Source: Paraspadella gotoi (lineage: Eukaryota; Animalia; Chaetognatha). From it: 64,000 nucleotides of DNA. The DNA lies in contig CM119270.1 of the NCBI GenBank assembly GCA_051294375.1, positions 15,332,863 to 15,396,862 on the forward strand. The letters are read 5' to 3'. This document shows positions 39,922-53,559 of this stretch, one piece after another (within the stretch, counting starts at the first letter, position 1; each line of letters opens with the position of its first letter). The position numbers were made by a program, and so were the translations under genes. Below the pieces are notes generated by a model, which saw only the letters and a list, made by a program, of their open reading frames with translations, made no database searches and was not told the DNA's origin.

Positions 39922-41807
39922 ACTCGCTTAGACGGCATGAATTTAATTGGTAACCTAATTTTAACGCTATACGTTGGGTTGTACCAATTTCATATAACAA
40001 AAATAAAAAATGACTAAAAATTATATCTGAATTCTTTTATTTTTTCCCGCGAAACGTTAGGTCCATAGGTCTCCAGAATCTCCAGACAGTATTGATCTCT
40101 AAGAAGGCCGAAAAAAATGTAAGTTTTATAATTTTTTTAATGACCACTTGCTTTTTTGGACTTATGAATTCAAATTTATCATTTAAATCAATCCTAATAA
40201 AAATAATAATTTTTTTTACTAATTATTATTTAATTAAAATATATTTTAAAAAATATATATTATAAAAAACAAATAATAGTTTAAACATTTTGCTGTAGTA
40301 CAAATTTTTTTTTCGCATCATGGTACACATGTTGACACTAGACAAGCGTCTATTTCTGATGGATATCTTGCGTTCGTCGCGGCTGCGGTGGTCATCGGGC
40401 TACGGAAAAATAAAATTAAGAGCGGCCACAGAGAGGGTTGGAAGAAGTTATTTTCCAGCGGTGCTCGGGCTTGTGCCCCAGCCCAATGTTTTTTACGTTT
40501 TTCATAGCAAGTCGATGGCGGCGACGGCGAACTTGGCGGTGCGGAAAAATGAAAATAAAAAAAAACCGTTGGCGAAGTGAAAGAGGGTCGACGGAAAATT
40601 TCCATGGCAACTGTTAGAAAAGTGATATTTGAGAACACGAATAACACGGAGAAATTTTGGATTTTAACCAAGGCCATGATCGCGCATGTAGATGTATTAG
40701 GCGTGTAAAAATTTTCGAGAGCGACTAGTAGGCGACGAGGAGCGGACGAGTAGCGAAAAACGAGGCGAAAAACAGGCGAAAACAGCGGAACAGTTTCCAT
40801 TAAATAATAAATTTCATCGATGAAAACGTGAAACTACGCTTTGTTCCGGCAGATTTGAAGTTTCAGAGCACTGAACTATCCATTTGTAAATAACGAATGG
40901 CAAGTGTACGTCGTCTCAGGTGCCATATTAAAGCCTGCCGCTAAAAAGTTTGTTTAGCGGACTTTTTTAATGTGATAATTTTAACAAGGCAAATAGGAAG
41001 GGCCGCTTGCAAGCCACTAAACTAATGTTGATATGTTTTTGTGATAAGTTTTCTACTTTTACCAATGAGCACGGTAGACGAGGGACAGCGTAAGGACTTG
41101 ACCATACAATTCTTAAATGTAGTATTTATGGTTTTCTGGCTTTGGTTTCATCTAAGACCGTTTACCGATTTTTCTTTGGTTCCTGGCAAAGGAAAGATAC
41201 CGAAGGACGTTAGAGGAATCAAATACTAATAACACTTTTTAATTTATTTGTTGGGCGTCAGGTGCAAATATTGTAAAATATAGCAATTAAACGGACATTT
41301 TCGAGTGGGAGGACCGGTTTTGAAATGCTCATATTGTACAAGGACGGCATTATGTTTAGTCCTTTTTTGGGCATTAGAGAATGAGTTAACGAGTTGGTCC
41401 TTAGAGTAGGAAACTTGTATAGATTTAAAAATATTCCTTAGAATTTACAGTAAAAAATACCGAAAAAAAGAGAAATTTTAAAGGAAGAACCGGCTCTGCG
41501 GAGTATCGTTTTTAGAAATTGGCTTTGAATACTATCTAAATATTTATGGACGTTTATGTTGTTGGCAACTTTTTAGATACTAAAAAGCTTGCGACTAGTC
41601 GAAAACATTCGCATTTTGCAGTATTTAAAGCGCTAGCTGGTGCAACTTTGCCTTGAACCAAAAAAAACTGGAAAAAATTTCGGTTCGGCCTCGAATTTTT
41701 TTTCTTCGGCGAAGCGACATATCTACTCTCTTTGCCAAACCCCCGTAATCTTTTCGGAAATAATTTCCACCACATCAAATGTCTTTCGACCCATAAAAGA
41801 GCGACCA

Positions 41808-41853
<46 letters not shown>

Positions 41854-41979
41854 GAGAGAGAGAGAGAGAAGGAGAGAGAGAGAGAGAGCCAACGGGATAT
41901 AATCTGGACGAAGAATATAAAAAGCCGAGATGAGGGATCAAGAAAGGAAGGAAGCCAAAGAGAGCAGAAGAGAGAAGAC

Positions 41980-42024
<45 letters not shown>

Positions 42025-42160
42025 GAAAACGGTTGGATAGAGACGGACGGACGGACGGACTTTTGTTTTGAGGATGACCTTTAGCGTCCGGGCCTCTCGC
42101 CAACGGAAACGTTAAGCGGTCATGGTTAAGGTATCCGATAGGCGTTTTTGAGAGAGAGAT

Positions 42161-42191
<31 letters not shown>

Positions 42192-42260
42192 AGAAGGAGA
42201 GAGAGAGAGAGAAAGAGAGAGAGGAGAGAGAGAGAGAGAGAGAGAGGAGGTACGAAGTTG

Positions 42261-42360
42261 NNNNNNNNNNNNNNNNNNNNNNNNNNNNNNNNNNNNNNNN
42301 NNNNNNNNNNNNNNNNNNNNNNNNNNNNNNNNNNNNNNNNNNNNNNNNNNNNNNNNNNNN
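42261..42360. other. 100-N scaffold gap (other gaps: 3407, 3808, 15832, 16131, 17264, 19015, 22192, 59109)
   Basis: Runs of N. Confidence 0.99.
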
Positions 42361-42388
42361 TTTCATTTTTCTATCTCATTCTACAAAG

Positions 42389-42846
42389 ATGAAGTTTTTT
42401 GTCTTGATGATCTTGGCCGGCGTTTTGGTCGAGGCGAGGAAACTGGATAATCTGGTAAATCGTGTGATTGTAGTCTGAGAGTTCAGCAATTGGCTAAGAT
42501 TGACGATACGATTGAAATTTTTTCGATCAGGACGTCAAAAACAACTTGGCCATCGCCATCGATGACAATGACAAAGAGACCGGCTGAAGTCGCCGCTGAT
42601 GACATCGATGATGAAACTTCCGATGACGAACGATGATCGTCGCCTTCCGCGACGCAAAGAACAAGAAGCTTCGTGCCGCCGTTCGAGCGGCCGTCGTGGA
42701 AATACCCAATCCGCCCACGACGACAGAGGGACCCGGAGAATGCCGTAAGACCTGGAGACCTTGCAAAGTCCATGAGCAGTGCTGCAAGCCTTTGAAAGTG
42801 CAAACTTGAGAGGAATCATGGGTGGAATTGCTTCATTTTTGCCTGA
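42389..42846 (+). CDS. Secreted inhibitor-cystine-knot (knottin) peptide precursor, toxin-like
   Basis: Signal peptide MKFFVLMILAGVLVEA, acidic pro-region (AIAIDDNDKE..DDIDDETSDD), then in-frame GECRKTWRPCKVHEQCCKPLK; one 1-nt correction gives CKLERNHGWNCFIFA*. Framework C-6-C-5-CC-4-C-9-C. Confidence 0.75.
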
Positions 42847-44049
42847 CCAATGGAAATGCTGATCAGTTCCCTTTAAACTAAAAATGATTCAAGAACTATG
42901 AATATAAATTTTCGAAAGAATTTAAATCACACCAAGCGTTTTTATTGTTACATTGTCATTAGAAATGTAGAAATTTAAACACAGAATGTCGACAAAGAAT
43001 TTTTCTCTGGGCCCAACAGATTATATAATTTTAAAAATGCGATTGTTTCAGCCGCAATTTTTGAATTTCAAAAAAATTCAAAAAATGGATAAAAAATGTA
43101 GCCCGTTTTAATGATACAACGAGACGACTTCCAAGTTAGCTTAATAGTTTCACCATATCCCTTGGATGAGAACTTGTTTCATCTTCATCGTAATACAACT
43201 CTTCAGTCCGGGTTTTACGTTAATAAAAAGTTCACGTGTTGTTAGGAGTTTTGAAAAATCATCGGTATTAACAAATTCCGTCCCACCTAAGGCGCATCAC
43301 GCATAAAACGGGGTAAACTCTTGCGCAATCCAGTAAACAAAAAAGAATTTCGGAATCTTCTTTAACCAGTTTTTTTTAAACATTCAAGATTTTTTTTCGA
43401 GGATTTCATTTTTCTATATTTTTTTTTCCGCTTAATTTTTTTATAATAATTTAATTCCTAATTAGCTCAAGGCTTATTAATAATTCTATGGCAGTGAATT
43501 TTTGATTTGGGGTATTTTCAACATTGAATCTTAAAAACTTAAATACACTATTAATTATTCTTTTCCCACTGATAAATATGAAACTTTCTTATTGTAAAAA
43601 AAAACGGTTGGCATTAAGTTATCTTCTCCTTATAACATAGAACCTACACTGGTGAATTTCTGATCTTTCAAAATACGGATAAGACATGATTTCCTTTTCA
43701 CGTTAACATTCCAACTTTACGGTATCAGCCATTATTAAAAAGATAACTAAAAAGCGATTTTTCATGGTAAGAACAACTTTTAATGAATAAAATTGCTCGT
43801 AAGATCTGTCGCTGTTTTTTTTAGATATACACTACTGCTTAGGCAAAAAAATTTGGCAGACGCTATATTATCTAAACTTGTTTTTTTGTTTCCCACTGCT
43901 TTTTCCTTTTTTTCTTTCTTTCTCCGAACTTTCGCTTCGTGACTCTCTTTTTTCTCTTTCTAGCTATACTGTGTGAAGTATTTTGAAGTCTTCACGCCAA
44001 CATATCATTAACGTTAAAATATTATTTATTTCGTACATAGTCAGTCACT

Positions 44050-45385
44050 CCTGTCCCTACAAACTGTTCTCACCCCCACGAGATAGGGGGAGCAGCGACG
44101 ACAGTCAGCTTACTGAGTCCAGTAAAACAATGTCAATTGCCTTTTGGGTGACTGCTCTCTCTCTCTCGATCTCGGTCCATCGTATCCTCTCGTCGTCTGT
44201 CTCCCTCTCTCTGGCACTCTCCTCTCTCCTCCTTCTCTCTCTCTCTCTCTCCATCATGTTTGGTAAAATTAACACGCGCTGAAAGAAACTCGAAATAAGA
44301 GTCAAAACATTGTCCATTTCAAAAATAAAACTCGTTGTTTGTAAACAAAAAATAAACTTTTTCTCTCTCAATTTATTTTCAGAAAACTTCGGTAAGCGTA
44401 ATGATTTGAGTTGCAGAAGTTTGGTTGCCAAGCGGAGGATTAAAAAATGCGACCAGATTGTGTGTGCGGGAGAAAGTTGTGGTGCCAGCAAAAACACCTG
44501 TCGATTGAGAGGAAAAAAATACTGACGAGCTCCTCCAGTTAACATTAAAAAATGAATGCGGTTTTTTAATTCGTTAACCGTATAAGATATGTTCTCATCT
44601 ATTAAAACTATAAATCTAAGTCAAAAACCGAGTTTTATTTAAAATAAAACGCACACTCATCAAATACTCACAAATTAAAAAGTGAGGCTACAAAAAAATT
44701 TTTTTTGCAGAACATAATTAAATTTTTGCCCTAATTTTTTTAGGGTATACCCAGAAGCACCAACAATAGGGAATATTTTGATTAGAATTGTGGACATTTT
44801 GAAGTATTTTCGTTTAACAAATTGTAATAAAATGTAAAAATGTAAATTTTTTAAACTCGTCAATTTAAACATTAATCCCATAGGGCAAACAATAGATGAC
44901 TTCAACGGCAATGAACCGAACTCAGAGGTAAAGAAGAATAAGAAGGACCCAAAAGCCCGGAGTAAAAAAATTTTTCTTTTCAAGGCATCTTAAGCACATT
45001 CAAATCAAAGACAAAAGGAGCAAAATGACAAATAATGACATAATTTTTTTATTTAAAAAGTAGCAAAATGAATATTGATTCTTGATTAGAAAATGACAGC
45101 AGATGATTTTTAATTTAATCTGTAGTCTCGCCAGACCTTGTCTTAGAGTTAAAATTTAAATTAACATTTTGTTGGTAATATTCCTAACAGTATGAAAAAA
45201 GTGTTTGTTTGCTACAACAATTTCCTCGCAATAGAAAATCACTGCCCTATACAAAATACGAGGAATTGGGTTTGATTTCTTAAACCTTTCATTCAAAATT
45301 CAAAGTAAGAAGAAAGAATAAGAGGGAGGATGAGCAGATAGCAGGGTTAAATTCAGAGAGAGAGGGAAGAGACGAGATGCAGCAC

Positions 45386-45416
<31 letters not shown>

Positions 45417-47540
45417 GAGGAGGGATAGAAGAAGAAAAGAATAGAAGAGAGGTCGCGTGTTGAGCTTGCCGACAAGAGACTCTCTGCAGAGTGTAGCACC
45501 TTCTGCAGTATATTTTGGCGCCCGTCAAAACCAGTCAATCAGAATATTTCGGAGAAAAATCTAAAATTCATGATAAAAAAGACAGATAGAATAAAAAAAG
45601 ACAAAAGTAAAATCAATTAAATTCCTTTCTTAAAAGGATTTCAATGGAAGAATGTTCTCATTTCGTGCGGTCCCATACGTGAAGACATATCCATGAATTA
45701 TCAGTACTGAATTGAACGGTCTTTTCATCCTCTTGAATTCGCCGTAAGCGGGAAACAATTAATAAAAAGAAGAAAAAATATAAACACTTAATTCGCAGAA
45801 ATGTTCCAACGCGGTAAACGTTAAAATAATAAAACTATTCTTTTCGGTTTATGTTGCGTGATGCTAAAAATGCAATATAGTAACTCAGCTCAATTATCTT
45901 AGCGACTGAATGCAAATCCCTTAACAGATTTTGTTTTCTTAACCACTCTAACTTACGTTCACTACTGTGGATTTTTTTTTTTTTTTTTTTGCCTTTTATT
46001 TATTTTTTTTTAGTCGAAAATGAATTTTTTTTTTTCCATGATGATCTTGGTGGCGTCATCTACCGGTCGCGAGAAAGAATATGGAAAATGAGTGTGAATT
46101 CGTCACGTGGAGTTCACTAAATTCCCCTATTCACAGAATCGCAGCTATTCGATGACCTTCAAACGTCCAACAACGACTTTGTTAAGATCGTCGAAGACTC
46201 CACTCCGACTCCGAAGGTTCGCGATCGCTGCGGAAAGAATCCCCCAACGGTCCGTCGACAGAAGAAACCCCGGTGGCTGCAGTCAAAGTCTTTAGACCAC
46301 TGCAACCGTCTCCTCGACAATGTTTCCCCCTTTTCTCTGCAACTTAAAAGTCATGGGTGACATTGTCAATATTTTTAATCGTAAATTCAATTCCAAGATC
46401 GATTCGTCCCTCGGTTTTTCACCTGCGATGGTCATTTGGATGGCGAGTGAAAAGGACTCGTTAATGATAGGCAAACGTGTGCCTGCTGAAATGGACACTT
46501 TAAAGGATGGTACTCTCTCTCTCTCTCTCTCTCTCGACTCTCGTCGTCCATCTCAAAAAAAAGTAAGAAAAAATAACAAAAAATCGAAACTGGGTTAAGG
46601 TTATTTGGAAATCGTAAGCGTTGAATGTAACAAGTTTGTTTAGTTGACATTTTTCGTCGGAAATGCTTAACAGCAGATCCCGACTCTATAATCCATGTGA
46701 TTATCATCTGATTAGCTGATTACCGACCTTGTTTGCTCAAACTTGTTTATTCAAAAGTTGGTAAAAGTAGAGCTTAAAGCTTATTCTGAACTTGAAACTC
46801 TAAAAACAGAATCTTGTGGAAGAAAAAAAAAAAAAAACAACAACAACACGCAACCTATTATTTCTCTCTCTTCCCACGACATAAAAATTGACTGATTTCG
46901 CGACTCTGTAACTTGTCCTAGTTTCGTCCCTCAATCGTTTACCCATTGTCTCTCTTAGACTTAGCATTTTCCATTGTTATTGTTATTTTATTATTTTATT
47001 ATTTTATTATTTTATTTTATTAGAGATTAATTCATTCTCAATCTGAAATTCGTTGTATCTACACTCTGCCACTTTAGGGGGATTTTTAACGACGAAATTT
47101 ACAAATATCGAATAAGAATAATAATTCTATTAGTATTCTAAGTCAACTACCGTTTGCGATTCATCGAGAATTTTCGGCCGTAAAATCTCCTCGTTTGAGA
47201 CTGTACGCCCCGCGGTGCCGGCTTTGCGGCGCCGGACTCGCAACGACGGCCGCGCGACGCCGATATTCCTCGGCATTCTCGGTCGAGGCGGTAAAAGTCA
47301 CGCGCGTAAGATTTCCAGTCGCGAGACAGAGAGGGAGAGAGAGAGAGAGAGAGCGCGTTGGGCCTCATTTCCAGCGGATTATCGTCGTTTGGAGGGAAAG
47401 TGATAAATCCGTCGAATCTGCATCGAAGCCCGACGTCGGTTCCTGGCACTTACCCCCAAAAACCCAACCACCTCACCCTTTTGAAGATCTTGATCCACGC
47501 TACGGAAACTTTTTAGGCCAAATTTGTTGTATGGAATAAA
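44050..47540 (-). CDS. Series of exon-like islands separated by microsatellite-rich introns; unidentified gene
   Basis: Higher-complexity, higher-GC islands at about 44050-44150, 44400-44540, 45450-45540, 45640-45750, 46040-46510, 46600-46740, 47150-47540. No family recognised; strand tentative. Confidence 0.25.
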
Positions 47541-47901
47541 TATAAATCGCTATGAGAGCATATTGTCTTACCAGATCCAATCGAAACTTCGATATTTTTT
47601 TCGGAAAAAAACCAAATGTTTTTTAATCGAGAGATCTACATGGAATTGTCATTCCGATTCATCTCTACTGGCAAGTCATGCCCCATTTTTCGCATCTTCC
47701 GTCTGTCTCCATCCCCGTCCCACACTCTTCCACACCCCCCTCTCTCTCTCCTCATCTCAAAAACCCCGTAAATTTCTTCTTATCGAAGAGACGGGCGCAA
47801 CTTTACAGTTTTATGAGGCGAGTTTGGGGTCGATTGTATTCGTGCGCTCGTTGCAAGATGCCGCAGCGCGAGAGAGAGAGAGAGGAGAGAGGAGAGAGGA
47901 G

Positions 47902-47934
<33 letters not shown>

Positions 47935-48729
47935 GAGAGAGAGAGAGAAGAGAGAGAAGAGAGAGAGAGAGAGACCAAACGGCATCGATAAAAACGTTAT
48001 TTTAATTCATTATTTACATTTGGCCGAATCGGTTGGTTGATTGACGTTGGGAACGAGAGGGGTCGGTCGGTCTGTCTGTCGTTAATGAAATAGGATCGAG
48101 ATTATTAACGAGCGTCGCTTGACTTTTCCTTTCTCTGATTTCTTCTCTCCCCTTTCTTCCTCACTTTCTTCCTCCTTTCCTTCCTCACTTTCTTCCTCCC
48201 TTTCTTCCTCCCTTCTTTTCCTGCCCTTTCTTCCTCCCTTTCTTCCTCCTCTTCTCTTCCTCCCTTTTCTTCTCACTTTCTTTTCCTCCCTTTCTTCCTC
48301 CCTTTTCTTTCTTCCTCCTTTCTTCCTCCCTTTCTTCCTCACATTTCTTCCTCCCTTTCTTCCCTCCCTTTTTTCTTTTCCTCCCTTTCTTCTCCCTTTC
48401 TTTCCTCCCTTTCGATTCCTTTTCTTTCCTCTTTCTCACTTCCTTTCCTCCCTTTCTTCTTTCTTCCTTTCTCCTTCCTGCTCTTTCTGCTCTTTGCAAG
48501 CGGGGCTGTGACCGGAAATTGATAAAATTTAACAATACAAAATCGTAATGTATGCAAAGATAATTTAAATATCTAACCAGACACTAAGGAATTAGTGGTC
48601 CCCAGTGGTCCCCTGTATAAACCTGAGTTAACCTTATTATGTGGACGCAACAAGTTTCAGAGTAAGAATGATTCATTTTAATTTCTATCGAACGAAATGT
48701 TTTATTGCAAGGTATTTTATCTTTATTTA

Positions 48730-49090
48730 GTCTAAGTTTCGAGTCTTCGTATTTTATTTTTTTTCAACTTCGCTCGTCATCGTCTTCGTCGTCTGTTGTC
48801 ATCGTCTTCTTACGTTCATCGTCTTTCCTAGCGTTCGTCCATCGTCTTCCGGCTCGTTCATCGTTTTCGTCGTCGTGTTTTCGTCATCGTCTTCTCAGTC
48901 GTCGTTCTTCCGTCTTCGTCGTTCGCTCGTGTCATCGTCTTCAGTCGTCGTCTTCGTCGTCATCGTTTCGTCGTCTTTGTCCCATCTCGTCTTTCTACGT
49001 CTCGTCTCGTGCGTCATCGTCTTCGTCGTCATCTGTCATCGTTTTCGGTCGTCTTTGTCATCGTCAGTTCTACGTCGTCGTCTCGTCAGT
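48730..49090 (-). CDS. Short paralog of the Asp-rich 51-bp-repeat gene (about 6 degenerate units)
   Basis: Same repeat unit and the same about 290-bp 3' flank with AATAAA as 59190-59460, but a different upstream sequence. Confidence 0.45.
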
Positions 49091-51279
49091 ATCGGTCCGT
49101 ACATCCGTCCGTCAGGCATTCCATTCGTACCGTCGTAAATTTTTATCTCATATCCCTGGATGGGGTGGTGTAAGGAGGCAGGGCTGGGCAGGGTTAGTTA
49201 TAAGCAGGTTCGCATGTGAGAAAGGGTTCCGGAGAAACATGAGTACTCATCGACTGTGGGCTTCTGCTAGGTTTACTTGTTATTCAGGTTACATTGTAGC
49301 GGATGCTTCGCAGTGGTACACTGTATTCGCGTCGTTTTCCTCCTCGGAACTGGCCTCCAACTTTGTGGAGTCGTCTCGGCGGTTTATACCCTGTCTTATG
49401 TGTGTTCAGCCTTGAGGTATGAACACGTTAATTGGTATTCGGGATCGGATCGATTTTCTTCGCTCCATGTCGTTCCGTTCAATCTTACTTTCCGTCAGCG
49501 TGTCTCTGCAGCTGATCTCGAAATAGAAAGTTCCAAAGTAATGTTAGGACGGAGAACGTCGCGCGTCGTCGCGCAAGAAGTACGTTGGTTCAGTGAGTCC
49601 GTTCGACTCGGCAGATGATGAGTCATCGGTCGATCTGGTCGCTCAGAGGCCAGGGTTTATGAGTCGCGAGGTCGAGACAGCATGAAAAGGGTTTTACGAT
49701 AAAACACGGACACCTCTTGGCCGAACTGGAACTTGTAAAACACAAAGATGAGACTACGCAAGTGATGCAGTGATTCTTAGGTCATTGTGATCTCGTTTGT
49801 TTCGACAGTGACGAGTCTCGTTCGCTGAGCGGCATGAGCGCTGTGTTGTTAATTTTGTATTTATATAACGGCCAATTAGCAGGTAGAGTAACATATTTTG
49901 CTCGCTCAATGTCGCTGGTTTCAGCGCTCTTTGCTCTTCAGAAAACATTAGCAAAAGTTAACCATCAATTTATTTGGCACCATTAGTTTTATTTCATAGT
50001 TGACATTTGTCAACCAAGTCTGCAGAAGCTGATCGGCGGCAGGTAATCCGGCCGAGAAAGGGAGAAGGGAAACGCTTCGGCGCATTTGGCGGGCCGCCTC
50101 CTTCGGCGCTTTTGCTTCATCAGAACCTTGCATGGGCGCCTCCTCCTTTGCGCAGAGAGCTCCGAGTCCTCAGGCGCCCGGATCAACCGCTGAGGGCGTG
50201 TGGCGGCGCGGAGCTAAGAGGAGTCGAAGGACGGCGCTTAGCGCGAGAGATCTCTTTCTCTGTCGAATAACGTAGGACCCAAACTGGGATGCAGCCGGGG
50301 GCGGCGCCCGGCGGCCGCGGAGGAGCCCTGGGACGGCGCCAACAGACCGGGGGCCCGAGGGGGTCGGGCAGAAAAGGGTGTCCGGGTCCAATAAGGTTCG
50401 TCTGGGAATGAATTACCTCCATTGTGACGGGAAATTGTGTGGGTTCCTATTTTTGAAGAGAGAAATTTTTTTTTAAAAAGACAAGTAGCTATGAAGGAGG
50501 ATCAAAAGACTTATGTTAAGTTTATGGTTAAGGAACTAGTGACACAGATTGGGATAATTAATTTTCTACTAAAATGCAACCTTAGTCTCTTACGACACTG
50601 ACTAAAGAGCTAATCAAAAGGGGGTGCCACGGTGAAGTGCGTCGTCATCCAATTGTAACCAAATTTGGGTTCCGGCGTTCGGAGGAAGTAAAATTGAACC
50701 CCAATTGGTTTTAAAATTACATTAAATCACTTATGTTAAGTTTTATAATCGAGTGAAGTCCATAATCACCTTATTCTATTATATATTCGTGTTTCCCTAA
50801 TCAATATTTTCTTCCGGGTAGGTCAGCTCCGTAATTTTCAGTTAATTTCTATTGGCCGACCGGAACGAAGGATATCGGCTTTAAGCCGATGATTGCCGGT
50901 CGAACTAAGGAATTAGTACTACGTAGTTCAAATCTTATGTTACCACCTTTTTCGCATCGTTGGAGCGGCGAAAAGTTGATCCCTCGGAAGGCGTATTTTT
51001 TTCGTCAGTTTTTGTTTGCCCCGCATGAACTTTTGAACAGCGTGGGAGATACGCGATTTCAGATGAAATTTTATTCTCAAGTATAGCTAGGACGTAATTC
51101 CAGCGTCCGTATCGGTGAACCGATAAATTTATCGAAATCGAGCCAGCCAGGAAAAAAGAACGATGTTTTCTCTACAAAATATCTTCTATTCTTTATTTTA
51201 TGTCTCCTTCTCTCTCTGCTCGTCTTTCTCTTCTTCGTTTTTATTGCTAATTGCGACAATTTTTTAAATTTTTTAACTT

Positions 51280-52700
51280 TTGCATCATTTTTTCATCTTA
51301 AGATAATTAATTAATTAATTAAACATTTATTAGTACATGCATTAATTATTAAAGCATTCCAAGTAAAGTGTGACTTATGTTTTTTTCAAGTCTAAAATCA
51401 TTTCCACTGGCACTAATTCCGTCAAAACTTATATATTATTATATATTAAGTAAATATTTAAAAGCATTCACGGGTGGCAACAACCGCAATGAACTAATCT
51501 CAAAAAAGTTACATTGAAAATCGATTTTAGGTAGTAAAAGGAAAAAAAAAAATTTAAAGAGAACTAAGAAGTTATAAAGAAATGTTTCAATTTTGGCCGC
51601 GCCTTACATAGAATATATGCATGTGATTAAACAATGTTATCGAATATAAATTTTTATTAATTTAAATGTAATTTTGTAAGTATGTTTACAGTTTATTTTT
51701 ATTCGAGTGAGTAAAATAAACTTTTTTATTCTCTAAATTTTTTATCTCGATCTCTAATTTTTATCTGCTCTTCTCTCTCTCTCTCTTGCTATCTCGGTCT
51801 CTCTCTCGTTTGTGCAATTTAGCAGAAGCCGAAATTCGCTTATGCCTCATTTTTTCTGCTTTCTGTCTCTCCTCTCGGTTTTCTTTCTCTTTGCATTGCG
51901 GACGAATGCCTTATCGCATCATTTTTCTGCTCTCGTTTCTTGTCTCTCTTTCTCCGTCTCTCTCTCTACTACTCTCTCTCTCTCTCTTCTCTCTCGCTTT
52001 GGCAATTGGCGACGGAATCCTTTAAGTGCCTTTTAAGATTTTTATCTAGCTTGCATCAATCTTTTCTGGCTTGCATCATTTTTTCGAAATTGCATAATTT
52101 TTTTAAATTGCAATGCATTTTTTCAGCCGTTAATTAATTAATTAATGTAAAACCTTTATTAGTAATGCATAAATTAGTAATCATAAAATAAAATAAAGAT
52201 TCAAGTGAAATGTGACTTAGTGTTTTTTCCGTTTAAAAACTCACTTTCCACTGGCAACATTCCGTCAAAACTTTATAATGCTAGCTTGCTTCACACACCT
52301 GTTATCCTACGGCCGCTCACAAAATTTCATCGCAATCTATAGTGGGTTTAAAATAAGGTAAAAAGATTTCATAGTAAATGTGACGTCATATTCTTTTTCA
52401 TTTAAACTCATTTCCACTCGTATGTTTTCCAAACAAAACTTTATATCCAAGCATCGTTACAGAAACATTTTTCTAACCACACAAAAAATTTGAAACTCTA
52501 TCTATCCATCCAATTATGAATTAATAGAGTACTTATTAGTTCAAATTAAGTAAATAGTTTTAGTAAATGCGACTTATTTTTTTCGCATTTTAAAACTAAT
52601 TTCCAACTCACCAGACGAATTTCCGGTCGAAACTTTAATATCCAGGCTTTATGCAACAATATTCCTACCGCCACGACAACAAGATTTCATTCGGCAATCA
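51280..52700 (+). repeat. Degenerate about 170-190-bp repeat (agtaaatgtgacttat...catttccact...tccgtcaaaactt) at about 51360, 52203, 52372, 52561
   Basis: Core motif recurs four times. Confidence 0.75.
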
Positions 52701-53229
52701 AACCAGCAATCACGAGTTATTAGAGCTTTTTGCTAAGGCCGTGGGACTGGAAATGGATTGCGATTGATTGACTCGATTAATTAATTATTGATTAATTAAA
52801 GCTGATTAAAATTAATTTGATATTAATCATCCTGCATATACATTGTAATATACAAAGGGTTAAAAAAAAAAAAAGATCAATAATCAATTAGTTGAAACAG
52901 GTTTTTTGTTTTTTCCATTTAAAAACATCATTTCACATCAAAAGATTCGCATCGACTTGGGTTTCCTGTCAGAGGAGGATTTGGCCTGCCGTCCAATTGC
53001 TCCTGCCTCTTGCTTCTTTTTTCCTCCTCCTGCCCCCTCAGTATATTGTTGTCTAAGGCGAACATTCTCCTCGTTTTCTACTCTTCCGCGATATACATTT
53101 ATTTTTTCCCCTCTATTGTCCTTCACCGCCTTCAAAGTACTCCTGCAAGCCTGTTCTAAGTGCATAACACTTTCTACTCCTCAATATTCAAAATTCCAGG
53201 TCAATGCGGATAATTAAGTGGAAATAAGC

Positions 53230-53340
53230 TAACTTGGTCAACTTGCATAATTTAATCAACTTGCATAATTTAGGTCAAACTGAATAGATTGGTTAACTGA
53301 CATAATTTGGTCTAACTGACATAATTTGGTCACTGATAAT
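53230..53340 (+). repeat. About 18-19-bp tandem repeat (ttggtcaacttgcataat)x6
   Basis: Directly visible. Confidence 0.85.
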
Positions 53341-53559
53341 AATTAATAATAATTAATTTTCGTTTTCCATCAAATTTTATTTTTTTTTAAGTATCAAAAT
53401 GTTGTGCGTCAATCCAGATTTTTCTTAATGCGATTGCGCACGATCCTTCTGCTTTTAAAGATTTTTTATTAAGCCATTGTGGGTTAAATTAGAAGTTTTA
53501 TTTTAAAATGTTTTGGCTACGCTTTATTGTGCATCGTGCTATCGTGTATTGTGGCCAAA

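Noticed and set aside
40320-41800. Possible single-exon type II membrane protein (hydrophobic YLAFVAAAVVIG near the start)
   Set aside because: Too many stops and shifts and no recognisable family motif.
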